A program made the position numbers and the translations under genes. A stretch of DNA of 64,000 nucleotides, taken from contig JAWLHY010000016.1 in the NCBI GenBank assembly GCA_041690135.1, positions 125,906-189,905 of the forward strand. Reading direction: 5' to 3'. The notes below the pieces were generated by a model. It worked only from the letters and a program-made list of their open reading frames with translations. It had not been told where the DNA came from and did no database searches. Within the stretch, counting starts at the first letter, position 1, and each line of letters begins with the position of its first letter. Below are positions 36,891-45,204 of the stretch, piece by piece. The DNA is from Armatimonadota bacterium. Lineage in GTDB: Bacteria; Armatimonadota; SYMT01.

Positions 36891-39677
36891 ATGCAGAAGA
36901 ACCCTCCCCTCGCGGATCCGGCGCACGACTTTCTGCGCACCGAGACCCAGCCGCTCGACGTCTTCTTCCGGCCCCGCACCGTGGCGGTCATCGGAGCGAC
37001 GGAGACCCCGGGGAGTGTGGGACGCACGCTCCTGCAAAACCTCATCGGCGCTCCCTTCGGGGGCACTGTCTTTCCGGTGAACCCGCGGCGTCCGAACGTG
37101 CTTGGCATCAAAGCTTACCGGAGCGTCTCCGAGGTCCCCGACCCGGTTGACCTCGCCGTGGTGGTTACCCCGGCCCCTACCGTTCCGAGCATCATCCGGG
37201 AGTGCGCCAGCCTGGGGGTAAAGGGAGCGATCGTCATCTCCGCGGGCTTCAAAGAGGCCGGAGCGGAAGGGGAGGCCCTGGAACGGCAGATCCTGGAGAC
37301 GGCCCGCAACGGCCGGATGCGGATCATCGGCCCCAACTGCCTGGGTGTGATGAGTCCGCTGACCGGGCTGAACGCCACGTTCGCGCAGGCAATGGCCAGG
37401 CCCGGCAGCGTGGCGCTGGTCAGCCAGAGCGGCGCGCTGCTCACGGCGGTGCTCGACTACAGCCTCCGTGAAATGATTGGATTCAGCGCCTGTGTGTCGC
37501 TCGGCTCGATGTTGGACGTGGGCTGGGGCGACCTGATCGACTACCTGGGGAACGATCCACGAACTCAAAGCATCGTGCTCTACATGGAGTCGATCGGAAA
37601 TGCTCGGGCTTTTCTTTCCGCGGCGCGAGAGGTGGCCCTTACCAAGCCGATCATCGTGATCAAGGCCGGACGAACGGAGGTGGGGGCCCGCGCGGCAGCT
37701 TCCCACACCGGGGCGCTTACCGGCAGCGATGAGGTCCTGGAAGCGGCCTTCCGCCGCTCAGGCGTGCTGCGGGTCGGCAGTATCGCGGACCTGTTCTACA
37801 TGGCGGAGGTTCTCTCGAAGCAGCCCCGCCCCTCGGGCCGCCGCCTCACGATCTTGACGAACGCCGGCGGCCCGGGCGTGCTGGCGGCGGATGCGCTGAT
37901 CGCGGGCGGTGGAGAACTGGCGCCCCTCTCGCCGGACACTGTGGAAGCGTTAAACCAGGTCCTACCGGCTCATTGGAGTCACGGCAATCCGGTAGACGTA
38001 TTGGGTGACGCGGGTCCGGACCGCTACGCGCAGGCGCTGGAAATCGCCGCCAACGACCCCCAAAGCGACGGGCTCCTGGTGATCCTTACTCCCCAGGCCA
38101 TGACGGACCCGACCCTCACCGCGGAACGGCTGCGCGAGTGCGGGGCGAACTTGCGGAAACCGCTACTGGCAAGTTGGATGGGGGGAGCCAGCGTAGCCGC
38201 CGGAGAGGCGATTCTCAACAGGGTGCGGGTGCCCGTTTTCCCCTATCCCGATACGGCCGCGCGCGTCTTCAACTACATGTGGCGGTACAACGACAACCTG
38301 CGCACCCTTTACGAAACCCCAGTGGCGGCGGTGGATCCCCTGACGGCCGATTCGCGCCGCCGTCAGGGCGAAGCCCTTCTCGAACGGGTCCGCGTCAGTG
38401 GCAGAACGTTACTGACGGAAGCGGAGAGCAAGGCACTGCTGGCGGCGTACGAAATCCCCACCGTTGAGACCCACGTGGCGGAGACCGAGGCCGAAGCGGT
38501 GGCGGCGGCGGAAGGCATCGGTTATCCGGTGGTCCTGAAACTCCACTCCGAAACGATCACCCACAAAACGGACGTCCAGGGGGTACGGTTGAACCTCCAT
38601 TCCGCGGCGGAGGTCCGCAGCGCCTTTCAGGAGGTCCGTGAGGCGGTCACCGAGCGTGCGGGGGCGGAGCACTTCCAGGGGGCGACCGTCCAACCGATGA
38701 TCCGCCTGGAGGGCTACGAGCTCATCCTGGGTAGCAGCCCGGACCCGCAGTTCGGTCCTGTACTGCTGTTCGGCACAGGCGGCCAACTGGTAGAGGTGTA
38801 CCAGGACCGCTCCCTGGCACTACCTCCGGTGACCACCACCCTCGCCCGGCGGCTGATGGAACGGACCCGCATCTTCACGGCCCTGCAAGGCGTACGGGGC
38901 CGCCCCCCGGTGGACCTGGAGGCCCTGGAAGCGCTGATCGTCCGCTTCGGAGAACTGGTGGTGGCTCACCCGTGGATCCGGGAGATCGACATCAATCCGC
39001 TTCTGGCCTCTCCCGAGCGCCTGGTGGCGTTGGACGCTCGGGTCGTGCTGCACGATCCGGCCACCCGCGAGGAAGATCTTCCGCGGCCCGCCATCCGTCC
39101 TTATCCCGTCCAGTATGTGTTCCCCTGGACCCTCCGCAACGGCACGCCGGTCACCCTCCGGCCCATCCGGCCCGAGGATGAACCCCTGATTGTGCGCTTC
39201 CATGAAACACTCTCGGAGCGGAGCGTCTACATGCGGTACTTCCAGGCACTCAACCTGAGCCAGCGCGTGGCGCACGATCGCCTGCTGCGGATCTGTTTCA
39301 ACGACTACGACCGCGACCTCGCGCTCGTGGCCGATTACGAAGAGCCGGCGGGAGGTGGGCACGAAATCCTGGGCGTCGGTCGCCTCACCCGGACCGGGGG
39401 CCGCAATGAGGCCGAGTTCGCCCTTCTGGTGAGCGACCGATATCAGCACCTCGGCCTGGGGGAGGAATTGCTGCGGCGTATCATCGACATTGCCCGCGCG
39501 GAAGGCCTGCAAACGGTCACCGCGGAAGTCCTGGCGGACAACGAGCCGATGCAGCGCCTCTGCCGCAAGCTCGGGTTCTCGCTCCAGCCGCTTACGGATG
39601 ATCCCCGGGTTTTCTGTGCCCGCCTGGATCTCCGCAGCCGCACGGAAGCGACCGAAGACCGGTCACGAGCCGCATAA
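36891..39677 (+). CDS. Bifunctional acyl-CoA synthetase (NDP-forming)-like/GNAT protein lysine acetyltransferase (Pat type)
   Basis: CoA-binding [28 protein letters not shown]-grasp HKTDV; C-terminal [19 protein letters not shown]. Confidence 0.93.
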   Translation: MQKNPPLADPAHDFLRTETQPLDVFFRPRTVAVIGATETPGSVGRTLLQNLIGAPFGGTVFPVNPRRPNVLGIKAYRSVSEVPDPVDLAVVVTPAPTVPSIIRECASLGVKGAIVISAGFKEAGAEGEALERQILETARNGRMRIIGPNCLGVMSPLTGLNATFAQAMARPGSVALVSQSGALLTAVLDYSLREMIGFSACVSLGSMLDVGWGDLIDYLGNDPRTQSIVLYMESIGNARAFLSAAREVALTKPIIVIKAGRTEVGARAAASHTGALTGSDEVLEAAFRRSGVLRVGSIADLFYMAEVLSKQPRPSGRRLTILTNAGGPGVLAADALIAGGGELAPLSPDTVEALNQVLPAHWSHGNPVDVLGDAGPDRYAQALEIAANDPQSDGLLVILTPQAMTDPTLTAERLRECGANLRKPLLASWMGGASVAAGEAILNRVRVPVFPYPDTAARVFNYMWRYNDNLRTLYETPVAAVDPLTADSRRRQGEALLERVRVSGRTLLTEAESKALLAAYEIPTVETHVAETEAEAVAAAEGIGYPVVLKLHSETITHKTDVQGVRLNLHSAAEVRSAFQEVREAVTERAGAEHFQGATVQPMIRLEGYELILGSSPDPQFGPVLLFGTGGQLVEVYQDRSLALPPVTTTLARRLMERTRIFTALQGVRGRPPVDLEALEALIVRFGELVVAHPWIREIDINPLLASPERLVALDARVVLHDPATREEDLPRPAIRPYPVQYVFPWTLRNGTPVTLRPIRPEDEPLIVRFHETLSERSVYMRYFQALNLSQRVAHDRLLRICFNDYDRDLALVADYEEPAGGGHEILGVGRLTRTGGRNEAEFALLVSDRYQHLGLGEELLRRIIDIARAEGLQTVTAEVLADNEPMQRLCRKLGFSLQPLTDDPRVFCARLDLRSRTEATEDRSRAA

Positions 39678-39821
39678 TCTCAGGCCGACCATCCCGGCTG
39701 GACCCTTTTCGCCCCTCAAGTCCTCGCCGGCGGCGCGAACCTCTCTTTCCGTTAGAGAGACTTGGGCTCCGAGGGGGGCCAAGGGCTAGGCGTTTCAGTT
39801 TTTTCCACTGCGGCTTACTCT

Positions 39822-39905
39822 GTCGCCCCTTCGGGGCTGTTCTGCGCTGGCGTCAAGACCGGGGGTTCGCACCCCCGGCTAATCTCTAGTCGCCCCTCCG
39901 GGGCT
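39822..39905. repeat. REP-like triple hairpin element
   Basis: GTCGCCCCTTCGGGGCT and GTCGCCCCTCCGGGGCT direct copies flanking CCGGGGGT-TCGC-ACCCCCGG. Confidence 0.7.
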
Positions 39906-40050
39906 ACGAACCGGTTCTCGGCAGGAACTGAATTGCGTTGAGGCCGAGGGGATATCACCCCGGACACCGCGGGCGGCGAAGTTAACGGACAAGGGGACGA
40001 TTACGCTCTGGCCACCATGCGAGCCAGCACCGCCCAACACCCACCGCCGA

Positions 40051-40083
40051 ACCCCTGACCCCTGACCCCTGACCCCTGACCCC
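40051..40083. repeat. Heptamer tandem repeat (ACCCCTG)4 plus partial copy
   Basis: Read directly from the sequence. Confidence 0.9.
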
Positions 40084-40101
40084 CAGAAAAAGATGTAACC
40101 C

Positions 40102-40141
40102 ATTTCTACACGCTGTCGTCTTGTCTACAAGAAGTAGAAAT
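40102..40141. promoter_or_regulatory. Putative BlaI/MecI/CopY operator pair
   Basis: TCTAC-n5-GTAGA (40124-40138) and degenerate TCTAC-n5-GTCGT (40105-40119), about 30 bp upstream of the repressor gene. Confidence 0.6.
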
Positions 40142-40168
40142 TCGGCGCGGAGGAAGTGAGGATAGTCG

Positions 40169-40561
40169 ATGGATCACCCATCGCTCGGAGAGCAGGAAAT
40201 GGAGATCCTGCGCTACGTGACGGACCACGGGCCGGTGACGGCGGGACAGGTCGCAGAAGGATATGGAGAGGAGCGAGGTCTCGCGCGGACCACGGTCCAC
40301 ACCGTGCTGGAGCGTCTCCGGAAGAAGGGCTACTTGTCGCGCAGCCGGCGCAAAGGGGTGTTCACCTACTCCCCCGCCCTCTCGCACTCCGACGTGCTCC
40401 AGGGGCAGGTCCAGCGTTTTGTGGAGACCACGCTTCGGGGATCCCTGGCTCCGGTCGTCGCGTATCTCGCGCGCTCCCGGAAGCTATCGGATGCGGAACT
40501 CGCGGACCTGGAGCAGCTCGTGGATGAATTGAAGCGCGCGCAGCAAGAGGAGGAAGCATGA
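40169..40561 (+). CDS. BlaI/MecI/CopY family transcriptional repressor
   Basis: LGEQEMEILRYV, LARTTVHTVLERLRKKGYL, LSDAELADL. Confidence 0.93.
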   Translation: MDHPSLGEQEMEILRYVTDHGPVTAGQVAEGYGEERGLARTTVHTVLERLRKKGYLSRSRRKGVFTYSPALSHSDVLQGQVQRFVETTLRGSLAPVVAYLARSRKLSDAELADLEQLVDELKRAQQEEEA

Positions 40562-42882
40562 CGCTCTGGCTTTCCTGGATCAATGCGACCGCGGAACTCT
40601 GGTGGACCGCCGTCGTGCGCGCGTCCTGGCAAGGGGGCCTGGCCATTATGGCAGCATGGTTGCTCTGCCGTTTCGTTTCCGCCCTCTCCCCGGTCGCCCG
40701 GTGCTGGATCTGGCGCTTCGCCTACGCCCGCCTCTTCGTGGCCCTTTTCTGGGGATCTCCAATCCTACTGCCGCTGCTGCCGGGCAATCCGGGCAGGCAC
40801 AGTCCTCCCCTCTCCCCTCAAGCGGAGGCACCCATCGCCGGCGCGCCTGCCGCTGCCCCGACACCAGTTGGTGACCGGAGCACGTCCCTCTTCGGCGCGG
40901 TGCCCGCCGCTCCGGGAGTGGAGACCATCCGCCCGGCCATCCAGAGCAGTGAGGAGCCAGTTACACCGGCTTCCGTCGTTCCCCGTCCGGAGACAGTCGC
41001 CCTGCTGCTCTGGCTTGTCGGTGTCGCCGTCTGTTGTCTGCGACTGGGGCGAGCCTGCCATGCCGCATCTCTTCTTCGCCGCTCGTGCGCGCCGATCCGG
41101 GAGCCGGGGTTGATCTCCCTCCGCGACCAGGTGGCCGCGACGATGGGGTTTCGGAATCCACCGGTTCTGCTGGCCGGTCCGGAGCTGCGCAGCCCCCTCC
41201 TGCTGGGAGGGCGCCGGCCCGCAATCGTCCTACCCTCCGCCCTCCCACAGGCATCGGAAGCCGAGCTGCGCCTGATCCTGGGTCACGAACTGGCCCACCT
41301 CCGGCGCGGCGACCTGCACTGGAACTGGATGGCTGCCGCGGCGCACATCCTGTTCTTCTTTCATCCCCTGGTCTGGCTGGCGGGCAACGAGTGGCGCCTG
41401 ACCCAGGAGATGGCCTGCGACGAGTTGGCGGTCCGCGCCACCCGCGCCGGGGTGGGTGACTATGCGGAAATGCTCTTGAAGATCGCGTCCATCGCCGGAC
41501 GCGAACCCCGGCTGGCACTGACCGCGGCGGGCGCCGGACCCCATCACCTCCGGGCGGTGTGGACCGAAGACTCGCCGGAGTACCTGAAAAGGAGATTGAC
41601 GATGCTGCGACGCTACGTCCCCGGCAACCGCTTCCCCCGTCCGATGGTCCTTACCGCGACGCTGCTGGCAGCCGGCGCTCTGTTGCTGGTCCCCTGGCAG
41701 GTGACTGCCCAGGAACCCGCGGACCTCGAACTGACCATGGCATCTCCGGCTGAACATGCGCCGGGACAGTCGACAGAGGAAGTGGGTGAACCGGGGGTGC
41801 TCCACTCTGCGCAGAATGATGTTGCTCCGAACCCCGCGGGTATTGCTGTTCCGCCGCCGTTGGTTCAGGAAGTGGGACCGGAAACTCACCCATCCGTAGC
41901 GGATATCGCGCGGGCGGAAGGAGCCGCCACCGGCCCAGCCGTTGTAGCGCCGTCTACTCCCGCACCGCCCGCAACCATCGCGTCGCCGAACCTGGCGGAT
42001 CAGTGGGAGGACGTCCTGATCCTGGAAGCCCTTCGTTACCTGCGGCTTTCGGATGAGCAGGTCCGCCACCTGCTACCGGCGGCCCGCTCGGCGGAGGAGC
42101 GCCTGGCGTCGCAAGCACAACAGGAGAAGCAAATCCTGGCGACCCTGACCCGGATTGCCCGGGAAAACCGATCCGCCCTCCTGGCAGGGCGCCTGGGCGG
42201 ACGGCAGAAGGACGCCCTCTTCCTGGAGAATCTCCGGAAGCGCCGGCGCGCCGAAGCAGAAGAGAAGATCGTGGCTTCCGCAATCACCCAGGTGCTCGCA
42301 ATCCTCAGCCGTGCGCAAACGGTGCGTGCCAGTCTTCTGACCCTCGGCGAACCCGTGCAGGAGTCAGCGCAGCCACTTAGCCCGGCGCTGCTTAGCCCGG
42401 AAGCCGGTTTTGTGCTGGCGGAACCGCAAGACCCGGATTTCGGGAAAACGTTGGGTAATAAGGCGCGCGAGCGGGTTCAAGCGGTGCGGGAGCGGTGGGA
42501 TGAACGACACCTGCTGGATGCCAGGAAGCAGCTCTCGCAGCGCTATCCGGAGGATGTAGTCAACTCCGCCCTCATTCCGTCGTTCCTTGATCTGGTCGTA
42601 ATAGATACTGCATTGATTGACGCATCGGGAAACGGGGACCTGAAAGTCCAATTTCGTGCAACCGGAAGGAAGGACGGCGCGGAACAGAACCCACTGCTGG
42701 CCCAGGCCCGGAAGGAGTTGCAAGCCATCCAGTCGCGCTCGAGCAGATCCCTGGGCCAGATCCTGATGACGGAGGCGAGTCGGGAGGACCTGGAAGTCGC
42801 CCTGCGGCCGTTCGTCCGTAGGCTGTTCCTCAGCCCCCGGCTGCGCGCTGTCCTCGAGGCCCGGCTGGGCCTGCAGCGGTAG
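40558..42882 (+). CDS. M56 (BlaR1-like) metallopeptidase with non-penicillin-binding C-terminal domain
   Basis: TM helices, HELAH zinc motif, FFFHPLVW, EMACDELA, LKRRL. Confidence 0.9.
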   Translation: MTLWLSWINATAELWWTAVVRASWQGGLAIMAAWLLCRFVSALSPVARCWIWRFAYARLFVALFWGSPILLPLLPGNPGRHSPPLSPQAEAPIAGAPAAAPTPVGDRSTSLFGAVPAAPGVETIRPAIQSSEEPVTPASVVPRPETVALLLWLVGVAVCCLRLGRACHAASLLRRSCAPIREPGLISLRDQVAATMGFRNPPVLLAGPELRSPLLLGGRRPAIVLPSALPQASEAELRLILGHELAHLRRGDLHWNWMAAAAHILFFFHPLVWLAGNEWRLTQEMACDELAVRATRAGVGDYAEMLLKIASIAGREPRLALTAAGAGPHHLRAVWTEDSPEYLKRRLTMLRRYVPGNRFPRPMVLTATLLAAGALLLVPWQVTAQEPADLELTMASPAEHAPGQSTEEVGEPGVLHSAQNDVAPNPAGIAVPPPLVQEVGPETHPSVADIARAEGAATGPAVVAPSTPAPPATIASPNLADQWEDVLILEALRYLRLSDEQVRHLLPAARSAEERLASQAQQEKQILATLTRIARENRSALLAGRLGGRQKDALFLENLRKRRRAEAEEKIVASAITQVLAILSRAQTVRASLLTLGEPVQESAQPLSPALLSPEAGFVLAEPQDPDFGKTLGNKARERVQAVRERWDERHLLDARKQLSQRYPEDVVNSALIPSFLDLVVIDTALIDASGNGDLKVQFRATGRKDGAEQNPLLAQARKELQAIQSRSSRSLGQILMTEASREDLEVALRPFVRRLFLSPRLRAVLEARLGLQR

Positions 42883-42916
42883 GAGGTGACTGCCTGGCAG
42901 CAACACATGGTAACCA

Positions 42917-42943
42917 CCGGGGCGGGCGAGACGCCCGCCCCAC
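42917..42943 (-). repeat. REP-like palindrome (second copy, GTGG variant)
   Basis: CCGGGGCGGGCGAGACGCCCGCCCCAC between convergent genes. Confidence 0.7.
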
Positions 42944-42957
42944 CCGCCACCCAACCG

Positions 42958-43281
42958 TCACTCTGTGGCCGAGGTGCGGATGTGGAAGATCTCCTTGAGC
43001 TCCCCCACGTCCGGAGTGCCGTCTGCTTTCAACACGAAAAGGGGACGTAGGGTCTCCGACCAGCGCTGGTGGACCTCGGAAGCCCACAGCTTGGTCCACG
43101 CCTCTTCGTCAACGATCTCGGAGAAGAGGAAGAGATCCGGATCGCTTTCGAAGATCGTCATCGTGGCGATGCCGCTGCGCTCAATCTCGGCAAAAAGGTC
43201 CGGCCAGAGGTTGTCGTGCAGGCGCTTGTACTCGGCAAAGGCGCCGGGGCGCAGCTTCATGGTGAATGCGTGGCGGGTCAT
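42958..43281 (-). CDS. rhaM: L-rhamnose mutarotase family protein
   Basis: AFTMKLRPG..EYKRLH..LWP..GI..MTIF; QRW; LKEIFHI. Confidence 0.85.
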   Translation of the reverse strand: MTRHAFTMKLRPGAFAEYKRLHDNLWPDLFAEIERSGIATMTIFESDPDLFLFSEIVDEEAWTKLWASEVHQRWSETLRPLFVLKADGTPDVGELKEIFHIRTSATE

Positions 43282-43392
43282 GCGGGCTCCTCCCTCCGGG
43301 TCAATACAGGGTGCCGTCCGAGGCTGGCCTGGGAGGCTTCCGGTGGAGAAGTTGGCGCAGGATTAGTCGGTTTCCTGCGCTGCAATTGCCTG

Positions 43393-43818
43393 TTATCGAC
43401 CGGCGCCGGTCACCTCGGGCGGCGCATACACACCCTGGGCCGCTCCCGCTCCCGGCATTCCGCCGCCACCGGTGACCTCCGGAGGCGCGTAGACTCCCTG
43501 CGCATCGTTACCGCCTGCGGCCGCCTTCGCCGCGCCGGGCGCCGGTTGTCCCGTCATCTCGGGCGGTGCGTACACTCCCTGCTGATCGGCGCCCGGACCC
43601 GCGGCCATCGGTGCGCTCTGCTGCCCGAAGGCCATCCAGAGCCCACCCGCCACGACAATCAGAATCACCACTCCGGCGATGATTGCGACGACCGGTGAGT
43701 TGAGGTTGAATCCCTCGCCTGCCGGGGCGCCGGTCTTCCTGGCGTTCTTTGCTGCTTCCTTCTGTTTGGGCTCCGGGCGTTTTCCGTCGCCCTGGCCCAG
43801 CTTGACGACTACTGCCAT
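43393..43818 (-). CDS. Single-pass membrane protein with three QGVYAPPE(M/V)TG repeats
   Basis: Basic N-terminus, one TM helix, repeats at 43550-43581, 43469-43500 and 43406-43437; RBS AGGGAG. Confidence 0.75.
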   Translation of the reverse strand: MAVVVKLGQGDGKRPEPKQKEAAKNARKTGAPAGEGFNLNSPVVAIIAGVVILIVVAGGLWMAFGQQSAPMAAGPGADQQGVYAPPEMTGQPAPGAAKAAAGGNDAQGVYAPPEVTGGGGMPGAGAAQGVYAPPEVTGAGR

Positions 43819-43830
43819 GGGAATCTCCCT

Positions 43831-45129
43831 TCAGAACAGTTCGTTCACCGGTTGGCCGTGGTACACGATGGGCAGGGGGCGACCGTCGGGAGTCAAGTAT
43901 TCCTTCTCGTAATCCACCCCGAGCGCCTTGTAGATCGTGGCCGAGAGATCGGGCACCGACACGGGCCGATCGGTCGGCTCGCCGCCCACGTTATCGCTGG
44001 CGCCGATTACCCGGTTCAGCTTGATGGGACCGCCGCCGAGCGCGACCGGGAAGACCCGCGGCCAGTGATCGCGACCGGCCGCCGGGTTGACCGTCGGGGT
44101 GCGCCCAAACTCTCCGAAGGCAACCACCAACGTATTCGCCAGCATCCCGCGCTGGTCCAGGTCCTCCAACAACGCGGAATAGGCCTGGTCGAACGGTGGC
44201 AGCAACTCGTTCTTGAGGCGCGAGAAGTTGTCCGCATGGGTGTCCCAACCGCCATTGGAAACGGTGACGAACCGCACGCCGGCTTCGATCATGCGCCGGG
44301 CCAGCAGACAGCTCTGTCCCAGCCGGTGCATCCCGTAGCGCTCCCGCAGCTTCTGCGGTTCCTCCGAGATCGCAAACGCCTTCTTCGCCGCGGGAGAGGT
44401 GATCAGGTCGATGGCGCGGCCGAAGAAACCGTCGAGAGATTGCGACACTGGCCCCCGCTTCTCCGTGTCGGCGCGGAACCGGTCCAGAGAGGCCAGCATG
44501 CGCTGGCGGCGGTCGAAACGCTTCTCGGTCACGGACGAAGGCGGGCGAATCTCCTTGACGCTGAATCCGTTTTTCGCGGGGTCTTCGGTGATGCTCAGCG
44601 GATTGTAGAGGTCACCCAGGTAACCCGCCCCCTCCGACTTGATCCCCCCTAGCAGCACGTAGGGCGGAAGGCCGGCCTGGAAACCTTTCTCGCGCCCCAC
44701 CACGGAGCCGAACGAAGGGTAGGTGAGGCCCGGATTGAAAGGATAACCGCTCTGCACCTGGAACTGGGCCGTGTCGTGGTCTCCGTCGGTGTGGTTGACG
44801 GCGCGCAAGAGCGAGAACTTGTCGGACACGCGGGCGACCTGAGGGATGAGCTCGCCGAACAGTTCCCCGTTCTTCGCGCGGGTTACGCCGAACTCGCCCC
44901 GGATCTCTTTCGAGGCATCCGGCTTGGGATCGAACGTTTCGTGGTGGGAGGGGGCACCTACCAGCCAGAGCATGATGCAGTTCACGTCGGGCGCGGCCGC
45001 CTGTGCCGCCTGTGCCCGCAGGACCTGCGGCAGCGACAACCCGAACGCGCCCAGAGCTCCCAGCCGGAGAAACTCTCTCCGCCCGACGCCGGTGCAATCC
45101 CGCTTACGCCCGAACTCTATATCGAACAT
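43831..45129 (-). CDS. DUF1501 family protein
   Basis: RREFL Tat-like signal; GAPSHHETFDPKP, CLLARRMIEAGV, WDTH, GEFGRTP, GRDHW. Confidence 0.92.
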   Translation of the reverse strand: MFDIEFGRKRDCTGVGRREFLRLGALGAFGLSLPQVLRAQAAQAAAPDVNCIMLWLVGAPSHHETFDPKPDASKEIRGEFGVTRAKNGELFGELIPQVARVSDKFSLLRAVNHTDGDHDTAQFQVQSGYPFNPGLTYPSFGSVVGREKGFQAGLPPYVLLGGIKSEGAGYLGDLYNPLSITEDPAKNGFSVKEIRPPSSVTEKRFDRRQRMLASLDRFRADTEKRGPVSQSLDGFFGRAIDLITSPAAKKAFAISEEPQKLRERYGMHRLGQSCLLARRMIEAGVRFVTVSNGGWDTHADNFSRLKNELLPPFDQAYSALLEDLDQRGMLANTLVVAFGEFGRTPTVNPAAGRDHWPRVFPVALGGGPIKLNRVIGASDNVGGEPTDRPVSVPDLSATIYKALGVDYEKEYLTPDGRPLPIVYHGQPVNELF

Positions 45130-45204
45130 TTCCTGGCTCCTCTTATCCACTTTCGAGCGGATGCCCGGTTGGGGCCCGGCCCACCGGCTGCCGATCCTCT
45201 TCCG

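Noticed and set aside
40123-40142. Minus strand AATTTCTACTTCTTGTAGAC closely resembles the Cas12a crRNA repeat handle
   Set aside because: Single copy, no spacers and no cas genes; its position before blaI is better explained as a TCTAC-n5-GTAGA operator
43406-43581. Three 32-nt repeats with spacers of about 30-50 nt, superficially CRISPR-like
   Set aside because: The copies differ at synonymous positions and lie in frame within a membrane-protein ORF, so they are protein repeats
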